A stretch of DNA of 64,000 bases from Octopus vulgaris (GCA_951406725.2 CATOCA020000001.1:10602001-10666000), one strand, 5' to 3'. Counted from the first letter of the stretch, positions 42,384 through 61,071 are shown. The notes: a model not told the origin generated them from the sequence alone. Program-made: numbers and translations.

Positions 42384-42650
42384 GAGAGAGAGTGTGATAG
42401 ATAGATATATATATACATACATATATGCGCATATATATACACATACACAAACACAAAAAATCGAAACAGTCGCCCACACGCATGCACGGGCACACACACA
42501 CATAGCCTCAATTACTGCTATGTCTTGATAACCACATATCCTGTTGGTATTATTTATAGCTATTTGCTGGGAGCCTACATTCTGGGTTCGAATTCTATTA
42601 ATGCCAACACTACTTTATCATTTCAGGGTTGACGAAATAACAAGGATGAA

Positions 42651-42765
<115 letters not shown>

Positions 42766-42781
42766 CATATATATTTGCATG

Positions 42782-42812
<31 letters not shown>

Positions 42813-43370
42813 GTATATATATATATATATATTCATATATACATACATATATACATATATATATATATACACACATATATACTTGCATGTATATAAATAT
42901 ATATATATACATACACATATACATACATATATATATATGCACACACACATATATATATATATAAGTAAATATATAGATATATATATACACACATATATAC
43001 ATGTATATATATACACACACACATATATATATACATATATATATATAAATAAATATATATATATATATATTGTTAAAATCATCATAGCATATTTCTAAGG
43101 AGTTGTTTTGCTGCTATTTCTAGCATTTAAATTGTCTTCCACAATGTCCTTCTTTGCTGGGAGCGAGTCAGACAGAGAGTGAGAAAGAGTCAAAAAGTGA
43201 GTGAGAATGAACATTGAACAGCTTTATAGAGAGGGGGATTAGATAAACTAGATTGTCTACCTGTTTTGACTTAAGATTGACTTAAGGTTGTTTTAGAGTC
43301 AGATAATGGCTGCTATTTTCAGCATGGTGGTGATGATGATGATGATGATGATGATGATGTTAGTATATAA

Positions 43371-44150
<780 letters not shown>

Positions 44151-44192
44151 CATATATATATATATATATGTATATAATATATATATATATAT

Positions 44193-44239
<47 letters not shown>

Positions 44240-44815
44240 CATACATACATATATATATATAATGGAAATTTATTAAATAATTGTGAAATAGTCATAAAGA
44301 TATTTACAAAAATTTATTAAGTAAGCACTTGTTGATAGTGTCTGTCAACGTAGATGAGATCAGATCAAAGATCAATACCGGAGGTTTTATTGTACAAATT
44401 CTGTGTCATTGATTCTTTTACTAGTTTTCATAAATCTACCTTTCTTTAGAGAATCAATTTATTTTTCATATAAAGAGCCCCCCACCCTAGCTGGGGTATG
44501 ATCCACAGATTTGTAGCTCAAGATGTAAGCAGAGGAATGTAGCTAACCTAGAGACACAACACGATGACTGTTGTTAGGTTTATTAGTGTCAAGAAGAACA
44601 TTCAGCTATAAATAATACTTTTACAATGTGTTTATATATTTTGGTAGTTCTGACTTTATGAATTCCTCCTAGCGTGTGGCATTTATGTATAGTAATGTCC
44701 TCTATATAATATAAAAAAATACATTTAAATGAAAAAAATGGTGGATTTTTCTCTTATGATGCTTTTCACGCTAACTACTTGATAAATCCTTATAAAGATT
44801 TTATACTATCTCTAA

Positions 44816-44880
<65 letters not shown>

Positions 44881-45456
44881 CCGGAGTAAACACATAAATG
44901 TGAAACAAGGTGGAAAAAAAGAGTACTCAAATACCAGTGGTAGAGTAATGTGCTTTATAAAGTATACATTATATATATATAGATAGATAGATAGATAGAT
45001 AGCTAGATGTATAGATATATGTGTACATATATATATATATGTATATATATATACTCTTTACTCTTTTACTCTTTTACTTGTTTCAGTCATTTGAGTGCGG
45101 CCATGCTGGAGCAACGCCTTTAGTCGAGCAAATCGACCCCGGGACTTAATCTTTGTAAGCCCAATACTTATTCTATCAGTCTGTTTTTCCAAACCGCTAA
45201 GTGACGGGGACGTAAACACACCAGAATCGGTTGTAAAGCAATGCTAGGGGGGACAAACACAGACACACAAACATATACACACACACTTATACATATATAC
45301 ATATATACGACAGGCTTCTTTCAGTTTCCGTCTACGAAATCCACTCACAAGGCATTGGTCGGCCCGAGGCTATAGCAGAAGACACTTGCCCAAGATGCCA
45401 CGCAGTGTGACTGAACCCGGAACCATGTAGTTGGTTAGCAAGCTACTTACCACACA

Positions 45457-45535
<79 letters not shown>

Positions 45536-45551
45536 GTATAGATATATAGAG

Positions 45552-45599
<48 letters not shown>

Positions 45600-45635
45600 T
45601 AGATAGATAGATAGATAGATAGATGTAGATAGATA

Positions 45636-45687
<52 letters not shown>

Positions 45688-45815
45688 AATTGAGGGTAAA
45701 ATTATCTGAGAGAAATTTTCTTTAAGTAGTGGAAATGGCAAAAAAACTTTTTTTGGGCTGCTATTTCTAGCAAGTTCAGTATGTGGCAAAGTAATTTATT
45801 TTACTAAGCCCTAAT

Positions 45816-45865
<50 letters not shown>

Positions 45866-46342
45866 GTCTCTATCTACTCGCTAACACTCACGCTACAATA
45901 TACACACATATACCTTTAATCAAACATACATTCACCCTACATGTATGTATGTATGTATGTATGTATGAATGTATGTATGTATGTATGAATGAATGTATGC
46001 ATGTATGCATGTATGTATGTATGTATGCATATTTATATATATATGTATTTATGTATGCACATTAATATACACATGTATTCCCTAGAGAACATTCTTTCTT
46101 TGTAGTTTGATCGTAGGTGATCTATTTCTAGCATATGGCTGTCCACATAGTGGCTTTTAGCCCTTAATATACACATGTGTATATATATGAATATATATAT
46201 GCATGTATATGTGTGTGTGTATGCATACATACATACATACATATATACACACACACACATATATATATATATATTGTATGTATGTATGTATGTATGTATG
46301 TATGTATGTATGTATGTATGTATGCATACACACACATATATG

Positions 46343-46530
<188 letters not shown>

Positions 46531-47194
46531 CGAGGGAGATGAATTGAATATTAATTTAATTAATATCAATTTAAAACCAGTAGCCTAGCATAAAAAAGTC
46601 TGAAAAATCAGAGAAAATTCTAATACATGTGTATATTAAGGGCTAAAAACCACTATGTGGACAGCTATATGCTAGAAATAGATCACCTACTATCAAACTA
46701 CAAAGAAAGAATATTCTCTAGGGAACATTCTTTCTTTGTAGTTTGATTGTAGGTGATCTTATCGACTGGTCCCCTCCCCGAAAATTTTCGGGCCTTGTGT
46801 ATGTATGTATGCGTGTATGTATGTATGTATTACGTATGTATGTATGACCTATGTATATATGTTTCTGTGTGTGTATGTAAGATGCATGTATATATGTTTC
46901 TTATTGTGTATACATGCAATTATGTATGTTACTATGTATGTATATGATTTGTATAAATGAAGAAAGTGAGAGAGGGCGGAAGAGAAGGAGAGAGACAGGA
47001 AAGATGAAAACTAAAAAATAGGACTTCTTGGGAGTGATATATAAAATATTTATATATGTAAATAGAAAGAAACAAAACACTGATGAACATCCAAGTATAT
47101 ATATTTATGTATGTGTGTGTGTGTGTGTGTGAATGTATCTACGTATATACGTATGTAAATATATATATATTTATGTACATATATATGTATATAT

Positions 47195-47255
<61 letters not shown>

Positions 47256-47269
47256 GTACATATATATAT

Positions 47270-47328
<59 letters not shown>

Positions 47329-47349
47329 CATACATAAATATATATATAT

Positions 47350-47415
<66 letters not shown>

Positions 47416-47938
47416 GGAGAGATAGAGAGAAAGAGAGAGTATGTCCCGAATTTAAGGCAATTGGGCTTAAATGACAATATATAAATGTGATAAGTTGTGA
47501 AAATCATACAACATTATAAAAGTTTTGTGTCCCTTCCTTTTCTTTCAAACTAAAGAAATAAAGATTTATTTATTAAGTAATGGCTACAGAACGAAATACA
47601 ATCGTAAGCCACAGTAATACACAGGCACACACACATACATGAATATATATTTGTAAATAAATATATCCCTACATATATGCATACATACATTCATAAATGG
47701 TTGCACACACCTAAACACTTGCACACAAATATACTCTTTTACTCTTTTACTTGTTTCAGTCAGTTGACTGTGGCCATGCTGGAGCACCGCCTTTAGTCGT
47801 GCAAACTCGACCCCGGGACTTATTCTTTTTGTAAGCCCGGTACTTATTCTATCGGTCTCTTTTTGCCGAACCGCTAAGTGACGGGGACGGAATCACACCA
47901 GCATCGGTTGTCAAGCAATGCTAGGGGAACAAACACAG

Positions 47939-47973
<35 letters not shown>

Positions 47974-48529
47974 CGACAGGCTTCTTTCAGTTTCCGTCTA
48001 CCAAATCCACTCACAAGGCCTTTGTCGGCCCGGGGCTATAGCAGAAGACACTTGCCCAAGATGCCACGCAGTGGGACTGAACCCGGAACCATGTGGTTGG
48101 TTAGCAAGCTACTTACCACACAGCCACTCCTGCGCCTATATATGCATATATATATACTCTTTTACTGTTTTACTTGTTTCAGTCATTTGACTGCGGCCAT
48201 GCTGGAGCACCGTCTTTAGTCGAGCAAATCGACCCCGGAACTTATTCTTTGTAAGCCCAGTACTTATTCTATCGGTCTCTTTTGCTAAACCGCTAAGTGA
48301 CGGGGACGTGAACACACCAGCATCGGTTGTGAAGCAATGCTAGAGGGACGAACACAGATACACAAACATATATATATATATTTCAGTTTCCGTCAACCAA
48401 ATCCACTCACAAGGCTTTGTTCGGCCCGAGGCTATAGTAAAGATACTTGCCCAAGATGCTACGCAGTGGGACTGAACCCGGAACTATGTGGTTGGTAAGC
48501 AAGCTACTTACCACACAGCCACTCCTGCG

Positions 48530-48577
<48 letters not shown>

Positions 48578-48599
48578 ATGTTACATTACTCGGTAGTCA

Positions 48600-48662
48600 A
48601 GATAAAACTCTGAGTTTCAGATGCCGAAGTGGAAATCCACAACACCATCTCTTCGGTTATCT
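48600..48662 (-). ncRNA. Hammerhead-like ribozyme, second copy
   Basis: Identical to 40017-40079. Confidence 0.55.
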
Positions 48663-48856
48663 GGCTATTTGAAAACGTTATGAAAAAATACCGTTAAAAA
48701 TGAAGGGAAATTACTCTGTTATAACTCTGCTTTGCCTGCGTACTTATACATCGCTCGCATTTTTCGTCATAAAAATTATATAAAAATACATAAAAATATA
48801 TAAAAATATATAAAAATATATAAAATCTTCTTGGGACATAACACAGAAAGCATGTT

Positions 48857-50314
48857 CTATCCGTTTTCTTTAGGGGACCAAAAACGTAACAGAAATTTAG
48901 TCACATGTGGGCATGATCCGAAAAGCTCTGTCCTTGTATTTAGACATGTGGTAGGGTCTAAGCTGCTTTTCCAGATAAGCCATCTCTCCATGTCGCATAA
49001 ACCGCACCTTCCGCTGCCGTTAGTATAGGGCTTACATCTGGCCAAAATCTTCCATTGTATGTTATAATCGACACCTTTATCTCTTAAAGACCAAATATGA
49101 TTGGATAATTGTGTCGCTTTTCTTTTGTTCCAGTGCCTAAAGCTCAAAGTGTGGTTATTGAACCTGGCCTTGAAATTACCCTCTGTCAGGCCCACGTATT
49201 TCTTCGTCGAAACGGTGTCTTTAGTGGTTATAGAGTTTACGGTTGCTTCATATATGATGGTCTTGGACATGCAAGCTCCATTTAGCGGGCACAATTCTTT
49301 ATTCCTGCATGAACAGCTGTTTTCTTCTTGTGTTTTTTGTATGTTATGATTGATTATGTTTTTAAAATTGGTAGTTGAACTAAAACTAATTTTTAAATTG
49401 TGTCTATTGAAGAGTTTCCTATAAGCATGGTTAACTGGAAAATGTCTATCTATCAGTGCTAGGAAATATTTACCTATATTGAAGGCCACCTCGGGTGAGT
49501 AAGGGGGCGTAAACCAGATGACCTTCCTATTTCTATTATTCCTTTTCCTTATTGTTGGGCTGGTGATAGGTGTATATTTTATTTTTTCGCTAAAACCACT
49601 ATCTTTTAAAGCTTTATTATAAACTGGGGCAACGCTATTGAAGATGTCCTCATTAGATGAGAGGCTAGAAATCCTCTTACTAATATTTTTAACTAAATTT
49701 TTGAATACTATAGGGGGATGGCATGAACCTACATTAATATAACTTAGTCTATCATTGGGCTTCCTATAAGGCTTATAAATATTATTATTAAGATCTAAGG
49801 AAACGTCTAAGAAATTGACAACCGTCAGGTTAGTGTCTATAGTTATACTAAGTCCGAAGTGTTTCATTAACTGGATAATATCCTTCCTAAAACGATCTTG
49901 TGCTGGTCCATTTGTATTAGCTGTTAAGGCGAGGGCATCATCTTTGTAGATGGCAAAATGTACGTTAGGGAATGTCTTACTGAAGGTATCTAGGAGAAAG
50001 AGTCCAATTAGATCACAGATGCCTGCCCCATCATATGAACCCATGCTCACATCGAAAGCGCCCTCCGTGTCGGTGTTTTTTACCCACTTTGCATTCTCAC
50101 TGAAAAGTAATGTCTTTCTAGCATGGAAGATTATATCCTTATCATTGGTACTAATTTCTATGAAATCACTAGCGAAGATTAGGGCTTTATCTAGCAGTTC
50201 TTTAGAGATAGAGGCATAAAAATCAACAATATCGAATTGTGTAAACCTCGCTTTTTTCTTATTCTTAATAGCTTTAAACCAGTCTACGACTTCTATACTA
50301 TTGGACCATTGCAC
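48857..50314 (-). CDS. Penelope-like RT + GIY-YIG endonuclease, second copy
   Basis: The 485-aa translation appears identical to 40274..41731. Confidence 0.9.
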   Translation of the reverse strand: MQWSNSIEVVDWFKAIKNKKKARFTQFDIVDFYASISKELLDKALIFASDFIEISTNDKDIIFHARKTLLFSENAKWVKNTDTEGAFDVSMGSYDGAGICDLIGLFLLDTFSKTFPNVHFAIYKDDALALTANTNGPAQDRFRKDIIQLMKHFGLSITIDTNLTVVNFLDVSLDLNNNIYKPYRKPNDRLSYINVGSCHPPIVFKNLVKNISKRISSLSSNEDIFNSVAPVYNKALKDSGFSEKIKYTPITSPTIRKRNNRNRKVIWFTPPYSPEVAFNIGKYFLALIDRHFPVNHAYRKLFNRHNLKISFSSTTNFKNIINHNIQKTQEENSCSCRNKELCPLNGACMSKTIIYEATVNSITTKDTVSTKKYVGLTEGNFKARFNNHTLSFRHWNKRKATQLSNHIWSLRDKGVDYNIQWKILARCKPYTNGSGRCGLCDMERWLIWKSSLDPTTCLNTRTELFGSCPHVTKFLLRFWSPKENG

Positions 50315-50880
50315 TAGCCTAGTATCGGTCTTAATTTTCGTATTTATTTTATCTAAAATTTCTTTGCTAATAATCCCTAGTTCTGACTTGGCTGGGTTGA
50401 TAAGCCTACATTTAGGATTGGAAAGGAAGTTTTCTTTGTGGTCTTTAATAGTAATAAAGATTTTATATATTTTTATATATTTTTATATATTTTTATATAT
50501 GTATATATATATGTATGTATATGTGCGTATATATGTATGTATTTGCTTGCTTTTTAAGTCTAGTAGTTATTCTATCGGGAGCATTGGCCGAACCGCAAAG
50601 TTACGGGGACCTAAACACAACAGCATTGGTTGTGAAGCGATAGTGCGTTGTTAAACGCTAGCACAAACACATATATATACATCCGATGGGCTTCTTTCGG
50701 TCAGCCCGTGGCTATAGAATAAGACACTCGCCAAAGGTGCCACGCAGTGAGATTGAACTCAGAACAATATGGTAGGTAAGCAAGCTTCTCACCACACAGC
50801 CACGTGTCACTTTTCAGCTTTCTATATATGAATGTATATATTTGTATATATAAATATATTATGAGCACAAGTACATCGGG

Positions 50881-50977
<97 letters not shown>

Positions 50978-51241
50978 AGAGAGTGTGATAGATAGATATA
51001 TATATACATACATACATGCGCATATATATACACATACACAAACACAAAAAATCGAAACAGTCGCCCACACGCATGCACGGGCACACACACACATAGCCTC
51101 AATTACTGCTATGTCTTGATAACCACATATCCTGTTGGTATTATTTATAGCTATTTGCTGGGAGCCTACATTCTGGGTTCGAATTCTATTAATGCCAACA
51201 CTACTTTATCATTTCAGGGTTGACGAAATAACAAGGATGAA

Positions 51242-51370
<129 letters not shown>

Positions 51371-51386
51371 CATATATATTTGCATG

Positions 51387-51417
<31 letters not shown>

Positions 51418-51975
51418 GTATATATATATATATATATTCATATATACATACATATATACATATATATATATATACACACATATATACTTGCATGTATATA
51501 AATATATATATATACATACACATATACATACATATATATATATGCACACACACATATATATATATATAAGTAAATATATAGATATATATATACACACATA
51601 TATACATGTATATATATACACACACACATATATATATACATATATATATATAAATAAATATATATATATATATATTGTTAAAATCATCATAGCATATTTC
51701 TAAGGAGTTGTTTTGCTGCTATTTCTAGCATTTAAATTGTCTTCCACAATGTCCTTCTTTGCTGGGAGCGAGTCAGACAGAGAGTGAGAAAGAGTCAAAA
51801 AGTGAGTGAGAATGAACATTGAACAGCTTTATAGAGAGGGGGATTAGATAAACTAGATTGTCTACCTGTTTTGACTTAAGATTGACTTAAGGTTGTTTTA
51901 GAGTCAGATAATGGCTGCTATTTTCAGCATGGTGGTGATGATGATGATGATGATGATGATGATGTTAGTATATAA

Positions 51976-52848
<873 letters not shown>

Positions 52849-53424
52849 CATACATACATATATATATATAATGGAAATTTATTAAATAATTGTGAAATAG
52901 TCATAAAGATATTTACAAAAATTTATTAAGTAAGCACTTGTTGATAGTGTCTGTCAACGTAGATGAGATCAGATCAAAGATCAATACCGGAGGTTTTATT
53001 GTACAAATTCTGTGTCATTGATTCTTTTACTAGTTTTCATAAATCTACCTTTCTTTAGAGAATCAATTTATTTTTCATATAAAGAGCCCCCCACCCTAGC
53101 TGGGGTATGATCCACAGATTTGTAGCTCAAGATGTAAGCAGAGGAATGTAGCTAACCTAGAGACACAACACGATGACTGTTGTTAGGTTTATTAGTGTCA
53201 AGAAGAACATTCAGCTATAAATAATACTTTTACAATGTGTTTATATATTTTGGTAGTTCTGACTTTATGAATTCCTCCTAGCGTGTGGCATTTATGTATA
53301 GTAATGTCCTCTATATAATATAAAAAAATACATTTAAATGAAAAAAATGGTGGATTTTTCTCTTATGATGCTTTTCACGCTAACTACTTGATAAATCCTT
53401 ATAAAGATTTTATACTATCTCTAA

Positions 53425-53484
<60 letters not shown>

Positions 53485-54058
53485 GGAGTAAACACATAAA
53501 TGTGAAACAAGGTGGAAAAAAAGAGTACTCAAATACCAGTGGTAGAGTAATGTGCTTTATAAAGTATACATATATATATATAGATAGATAGATAGATAGA
53601 TAGCTAGATGTATAGATATATGTGTACATATATATATATATATGTATATATATATACTCTTTACTCTTTTACTCTTTTACTTGTTTCAGTCATTTGAGTG
53701 CGGCCATGCTGGAGCAACGCCTTTAGTCGAGCAAATCGACCCCGGGACTTAATCTTTGTAAGCCCAATACTTATTCTATCAGTCTGTTTTTCCAAACCGC
53801 TAAGTGACGGGGACGTAAACACACCAGAATCGGTTGTAAAGCAATGCTAGGGGGACAAACACAGACACACAAACATATACACACACACTTATACATATAT
53901 ACATATATACGACAGGCTTCTTTCAGTTTCCGTCTACGAAATCCACTCACAAGGCATTGGTCGGCCCGAGGCTATAGCAGAAGACACTTGCCCAAGATGC
54001 CACGCAGTGTGACTGAACCCGGAACCATGTAGTTGGTTAGCAAGCTACTTACCACACA

Positions 54059-54103
<45 letters not shown>

Positions 54104-54178
54104 TAGATAGATAGATAGATAGATAGATGTTTAGATATATAAGTATATATATATATATGTGCATATATATATATATAT

Positions 54179-54252
<74 letters not shown>

Positions 54253-54262
54253 TTATATATGT

Positions 54263-54314
<52 letters not shown>

Positions 54315-54439
54315 AATTGAGGGTAAAATTATCTGAGAGAAATTTTCTTTAAGTAGTGGAAATGGCAAAAAAACTTTTTTGGGGCTGCTATTTCTAGCAA
54401 GTTCAGTATGTGGCAAAGTAATTTATTTTACTAAATTAT

Positions 54440-54488
<49 letters not shown>

Positions 54489-54888
54489 GTCTCTCTCTAC
54501 TCGCTAACACTCACGCTACAATATACACACATATAACTTTAATCAAACATACATTCACCCTACATGTATGTATGTATGTATGTATGTATGAATGTATGTA
54601 TGTATCTATGAATGAATGTATGCATGTATGCATGTATGTATGTATGTATGCATATTTATATATATATGTATGTATGTATGCACATTAAAATACACATGTA
54701 TTCCCTAGAGAACATTCTTTCTTTGTAGTTTGATCGTAGGTGATCTATTTCTAGCATATGGCTGTCCACATAGTGGCTTTTAGCCCTTAATATACACATG
54801 TGTATATATATGAATATATATATGCATGTATATGTGTGTGTGTGTATGCATACATACATACATATATACATACACACACACATATATA

Positions 54889-54924
<36 letters not shown>

Positions 54925-54948
54925 TGTATGCATACACACACATATATG

Positions 54949-54995
<47 letters not shown>

Positions 54996-55061
54996 TATAT
55001 ATATATTTATATAAATATATATATATATAAATATATATATATTTATATATATATATACATT

Positions 55062-55125
<64 letters not shown>

Positions 55126-55685
55126 AATAATGAGGGAGATGAATTGAATATTAATTTAATTAATATCAATTTAAAACCAGTTGCCTAGCATAAAAAAGTC
55201 TGAAAAATCAGAGAAAATTCTAATATATGTGTATATTAAGAGCTAAAAACCACTATGTGGACAGCTATATGCTAGAAATAGATCACCTACTATCAAACTA
55301 CAAAGAAAGAATATTCTCTAGGGAACATTCTTTCTTTGTAGTTTGATTGTAGGTGATCTTATCGACTGGTCCCCTCCCCGAAAATTTTCGGGCCTTGTGT
55401 ATGTATGTATGCGTGAGTGTATGTATGTATGTATGATCTATGTATATATGTTTCTGTGTGTGTATGTAAGATGCATGTATATATGTTTCTTATTGTGTAT
55501 ACATGCAATTATGTATATTTCTATGTATGTATATGATTTGTATAAATGAAGAAAGTGAGAGAGAGCGGAAGAGAAGGAGAGAGACAGGAAAGATGAAAAC
55601 TAAAAAAATAGGACTTCTTGGGAGTGATATATAAAATATTTATATATGTAAATAGAAAGAAACAAAACACTGATGAACATCCAAG

Positions 55686-55717
<32 letters not shown>

Positions 55718-55779
55718 AATGTATCTACGTATATACGTATGTAAATATATATATATTTATGTACATATATATGTATATA

Positions 55780-55824
<45 letters not shown>

Positions 55825-55850
55825 TATATATATACGTACATATATATATT

Positions 55851-55886
<36 letters not shown>

Positions 55887-55922
55887 CATACATACGTACA
55901 TATATATATAAATATATATATA

Positions 55923-55972
<50 letters not shown>

Positions 55973-56117
55973 AGAGAGAGAGGGAGAGAGATAGAGAGAA
56001 AGAGAGAGTATGTCCCGAATTTAAGGCAATTGGGCTTAAATGACAATATATAAATGTGGTAAGTTGTGAAAATCATACAACATTATAAAAGTTTTGTGTC
56101 CCTTCCTTTTCTTTCAG

Positions 56118-56172
56118 ACTAAAGAAGTAAAGTTTTATTTATTAAGTAATGGCTACAGAACGAAATACAATC
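56118..56172 (+). CDS. Candidate 55-nt exon (TKEVKFYLLSNGYRTKYN, phase 0 to 1), unit 3
   Basis: Acceptor ttttgtgtcccttccttttctttcAG, donor GTAAGC, only one open frame. Confidence 0.4.
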
Positions 56173-56498
56173 GTAAGCCACAGTAATACACAGGCACACA
56201 CACATACATGAATATATATTTGTAAATAAATATATCCCTACATATATGCATACATACATTCATAAATGGTTGCACACACCTAAACACTTGCACACAAATA
56301 TACTCTTTTACTTGTTTCAGTCAGTTGACTGTGGCCATGCTGGAGCACCGCCTTTAATCGAGCAAATCGACCCCGGGACTTATTCTTTTTGTAAGCCCGG
56401 TACTTATTCTATCGGTCTCTTTTTGCCGAACCGCTAAGTAACGGGGACGGAATCACACCAGCATCGGTTGTCAAGTAATACTAGGGGAACAAACACAG

Positions 56499-56539
<41 letters not shown>

Positions 56540-57018
56540 ACAGGCTTCTTTCAGTTTCTGTCTACCAAATCCACTCACAAGGCATTGGACGGCCCGGGGC
56601 TATAGCAGAAAACTCTTGCCCAAGATGCCACGCAGTGGGACTGAACCCGGAACCATGTGGTTGGTTATATATGTATGTATTTGCTTGCTTTTTAAGTCTA
56701 GTAGTTATTCTATCGGGAGCTTTGGCCGAACCGCAAAGTTACGGGGACCTAAACACAACAGCATTGGTTGTGAAGCGATAGTGCGTTGTTAAACGCTAGC
56801 ACAAACACATATATATACATCCGATGGGCTTCTTTCGGTCAGCCCGTGGCTATAGAATAAGACACTCGCCAAAGGTGCCACGCAGTGAGATTGAACTCAG
56901 AACAATATGGTAGGCAAGCAAGCTTCTCACCACACAGCCACGTGTCACTTTTCAGCTTTCTATATATGAATGTATATATTTGTATATATAAATATATTAT
57001 GAGCACAAGTACATCGGG

Positions 57019-57103
<85 letters not shown>

Positions 57104-57374
57104 GGGAGAGAGTGTGATAGATAGATATATATATACATACATACATGCGCATATATATACACATACACAAACACAAAAAATCGAAACAGTCGCCCACACG
57201 CATGCACGGGCACACACACACATAGCCTCAATTACTGCTATGTCTTGATAACCACATATCCTGTTGGTATTATTTATAGCTATTTGCTGGGAGCCTACAT
57301 TCTGGGTTCGAATTCTATTAATGCCAACACTACTTTATCATTTCAGGGTTGACGAAATAACAAGGATGAAACTA

Positions 57375-57496
<122 letters not shown>

Positions 57497-57507
57497 TATA
57501 TATTTGC

Positions 57508-57552
<45 letters not shown>

Positions 57553-57556
57553 TATA

Positions 57557-57604
<48 letters not shown>

Positions 57605-58055
57605 TACTTGCATGTATATAAATATATATATATACATACACATATACATACATATATATATATGCACACACACATATATATATATATAAGTAAATATATA
57701 GATATATATATACACACATATATACATGTATATATATACACACACACATATATATATACATATATATATATAAATAAATATATATATATATATATTGTTA
57801 AAATCATCATAGCATATTTCTAAGGAGTTGTTTTGCTGCTATTTCTAGCATTTAAATTGTCTTCCACAATGTCCTTCTTTGCTGGGAGCGAGTCAGACAG
57901 AGAGTGAGAAAGAGTCAAAAAGTGAGTGAGAATGAACATTGAACAGCTTTATAGAGAGGGGGATTAGATAAACTAGATTGTCTACCTGTTTTGACTTAAG
58001 ATTGACTTAAGGTTGTTTTAGAGTCAGATAATGGCTGCTATTTTCAGCATGGTGG

Positions 58056-58087
<32 letters not shown>

Positions 58088-58098
58088 TTAGTATATAA

Positions 58099-58138
<40 letters not shown>

Positions 58139-58140
<2 letters not shown>

Positions 58141-58778
58141 TTAAAAAAATGTTTTTGCCCGAAGGCCGCGGCCATGCTGGGGCACCACCGCTGAATGAGC
58201 TACACTAGTTTGTGAATCCACCTCTGATACGTGGCACTTGATCAACAAGGGAGTTCGATGCTGCTGCCCGCATCCGCGTCTCCTGTCGTGAGGTAGGTTC
58301 ATCTGGGACTCCCAACAAGAAGAGATCCAGTTTAGTTTTAAAGAAACCCACATCCACACCATGTAAGTCTCTCAGGCATTTAGGGAGGATGTTAAAGAGC
58401 TGTGGTCCTCTGAAACCCAAGCTGTTGCAGTATCTGGGCCTGTATTTTGATGGTGATGTTGGAATCCTTGGCACCACGCAGCGGCGCCCCGTTCTGCGGT
58501 TGGAGTAACTTTGAATGCCAAATTTTGGGACAAGACCCTCCAGGATTTTCCAGATGTATATCACTGCATATCTCTCCCGCCTCCGCTCTAGGGAGAAGAG
58601 GTTTAATACCTTCAGTCTTTCCCAGTAGCTGATATTTTGCATTGAGACGATTTTCTTTGTGTAGCTTCTCTGAATTGCTTCGAGTTCTGCTGTTTGTTTT
58701 ATATTGTGTGGTGACCAAAGTTGGGAGCAGTAGTCCAAGCGGCTGAGGACGAATGTTTTCCATAGGACCATCAGTGGT

Positions 58779-58780
<2 letters not shown>
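58139..58780 (-). mobile_element. CR1-like LINE 3' end, unit 4
   Basis: Copy of 34747-35388. Confidence 0.85.
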
Positions 58781-58876
<96 letters not shown>

Positions 58877-58925
58877 CATATATATATATATATGTATATA
58901 CATATATATATATATATATGTATAT

Positions 58926-58984
<59 letters not shown>

Positions 58985-59569
58985 CATACATATATATATA
59001 TATAATGGAAATTTATTAAATAATTGTGAAATAGTCATAAAGATATTTACAAAAATTTATTAAGTAAGCACTTGTTGATAGTGTCTGTCGAAATATTAGC
59101 AACGTAGATGAGATCAGATCAAAGATCAATACCGGAGGTTTTATTGTACAAATTCTGTGTCATTGATTCTTTTACTAGTTTTCATAAATCTACCTTTCTT
59201 TAGAGAATCAATTTATTTTTCATATAAAGAGCCCCCCACCCTAGCTGGGGTATGATCCACAGATTTGTAGCTCAAGATGTAAGCAGAGGAATATAGCTAA
59301 CCTAGAGACACAACACGATGACTGTTGTTAGGTTTATTAGTGTCAAGAAGAACATTCAGCTATAAATAATACTTTTACAATGTGTTTATATATTTTGGTA
59401 GTTCTGACTTTATGAATTCCTCCTAGCGTGTGGCATTTATGTATAGTAATGCCCTCTATATAATATAAAAAAATACATTTAAATGAAAAAGATGGTGGAT
59501 TTTTCTCTTAAGACGCTTTTCACGCTAACTACTTGATAAATCCTTATAAAGATTTTATACTATCTCTAA

Positions 59570-59611
<42 letters not shown>

Positions 59612-60178
59612 GGAGTAAACACATAAATGTGAAACAAGGTGGAAAAAAAGAGTACTCAAATACCAGTGGTAGAGTAATATGCTTTATAAAGTATATATTA
59701 TATATATATAGATAGATAGATAAATAGCTAGATGTATAGATATATGTGTACATATATATATATGTATATATATATACTCTTTACTCTTTTACTCTTTTAC
59801 TTGTTTCAGTCATTTGAGTGCGGCCATGCTGGAGCAACGCCTTTAGTCGAGCAAATCGACCCCGGGACTTAATCTTTGTAAGCCCAATACTTATTCTATC
59901 GGTCTGTTTTTCCAAACCGCTAAGTGACGGGGACGTAAACACACCAGAATCGGTTGTAAAGCAATGCTAGGGGGACAAACACAGACACACAAAAATATAC
60001 ACACACACTTATACATATATACATATATACGACAGGCTTCTTTCAGTTTCCGTCTACGAAATCCACTCACAAGGCATTGGTCGGCCCGAGGCTATAGCAG
60101 AAGACACTTGCCCAAGATGCCACGCAGTGTGACTGAACCCGGAACCATGTAGTTTGTTAGCAAGCTACTTACCACACA

Positions 60179-60224
<46 letters not shown>

Positions 60225-60301
60225 TAGATAGATAGATAGATAGATAGATGTTTAGATATATAAGTATATATATATATATGTGCATATATATATATATATA
60301 T

Positions 60302-60363
<62 letters not shown>

Positions 60364-60373
60364 GTATATATGT

Positions 60374-60425
<52 letters not shown>

Positions 60426-60563
60426 AATTGAGGGTAAAATTATCTGAGAGAAATTTTCTTTAAGTAGTGGAAATGGCAAAAAAAACTTTTTTGGGGCTGC
60501 TATTTCTAGCAAGTTCAGTATGTGGCAAAGTAATTTATTTTACTAAGCCCTAATTATATAATA

Positions 60564-60615
<52 letters not shown>

Positions 60616-61013
60616 GTCTCTCTCTACTCGCTAACACTCACGCTACAATATACACACATATAACTTTAATCAAACATACATTCACCCTACATGTATGTAT
60701 GTATGTATGTATGTATGAATGTATGTATGTATCTATGAATGAATGTATGCATGTATGCATGTATGTATGTATGTATGCATATTTATATATATATGTATGT
60801 ATGTATGCACATTAAAATACACATGTATTCCCTAGAGAACATTCTTTCTTTGTAGTTTGATCGTAGGTGATCTATTTCTAGCATATGGCTGTCCACATAG
60901 TGGCTTTTAGCCCTTAATATACACATGTGTATATATATGAATATATATATGCATGTATATGTGTGTGTGTGTATGCATACATACATACATATATACATAC
61001 ACACACATATATA

Positions 61014-61049
<36 letters not shown>

Positions 61050-61071
61050 TGTATGTATGCATACACACACA

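Larger units (their letters stand above)
48574..50498 (-). mobile_element. Penelope-like retroelement, unit 2
   Basis: Copy of 39991-41915 at offset 8583. Confidence 0.9.
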
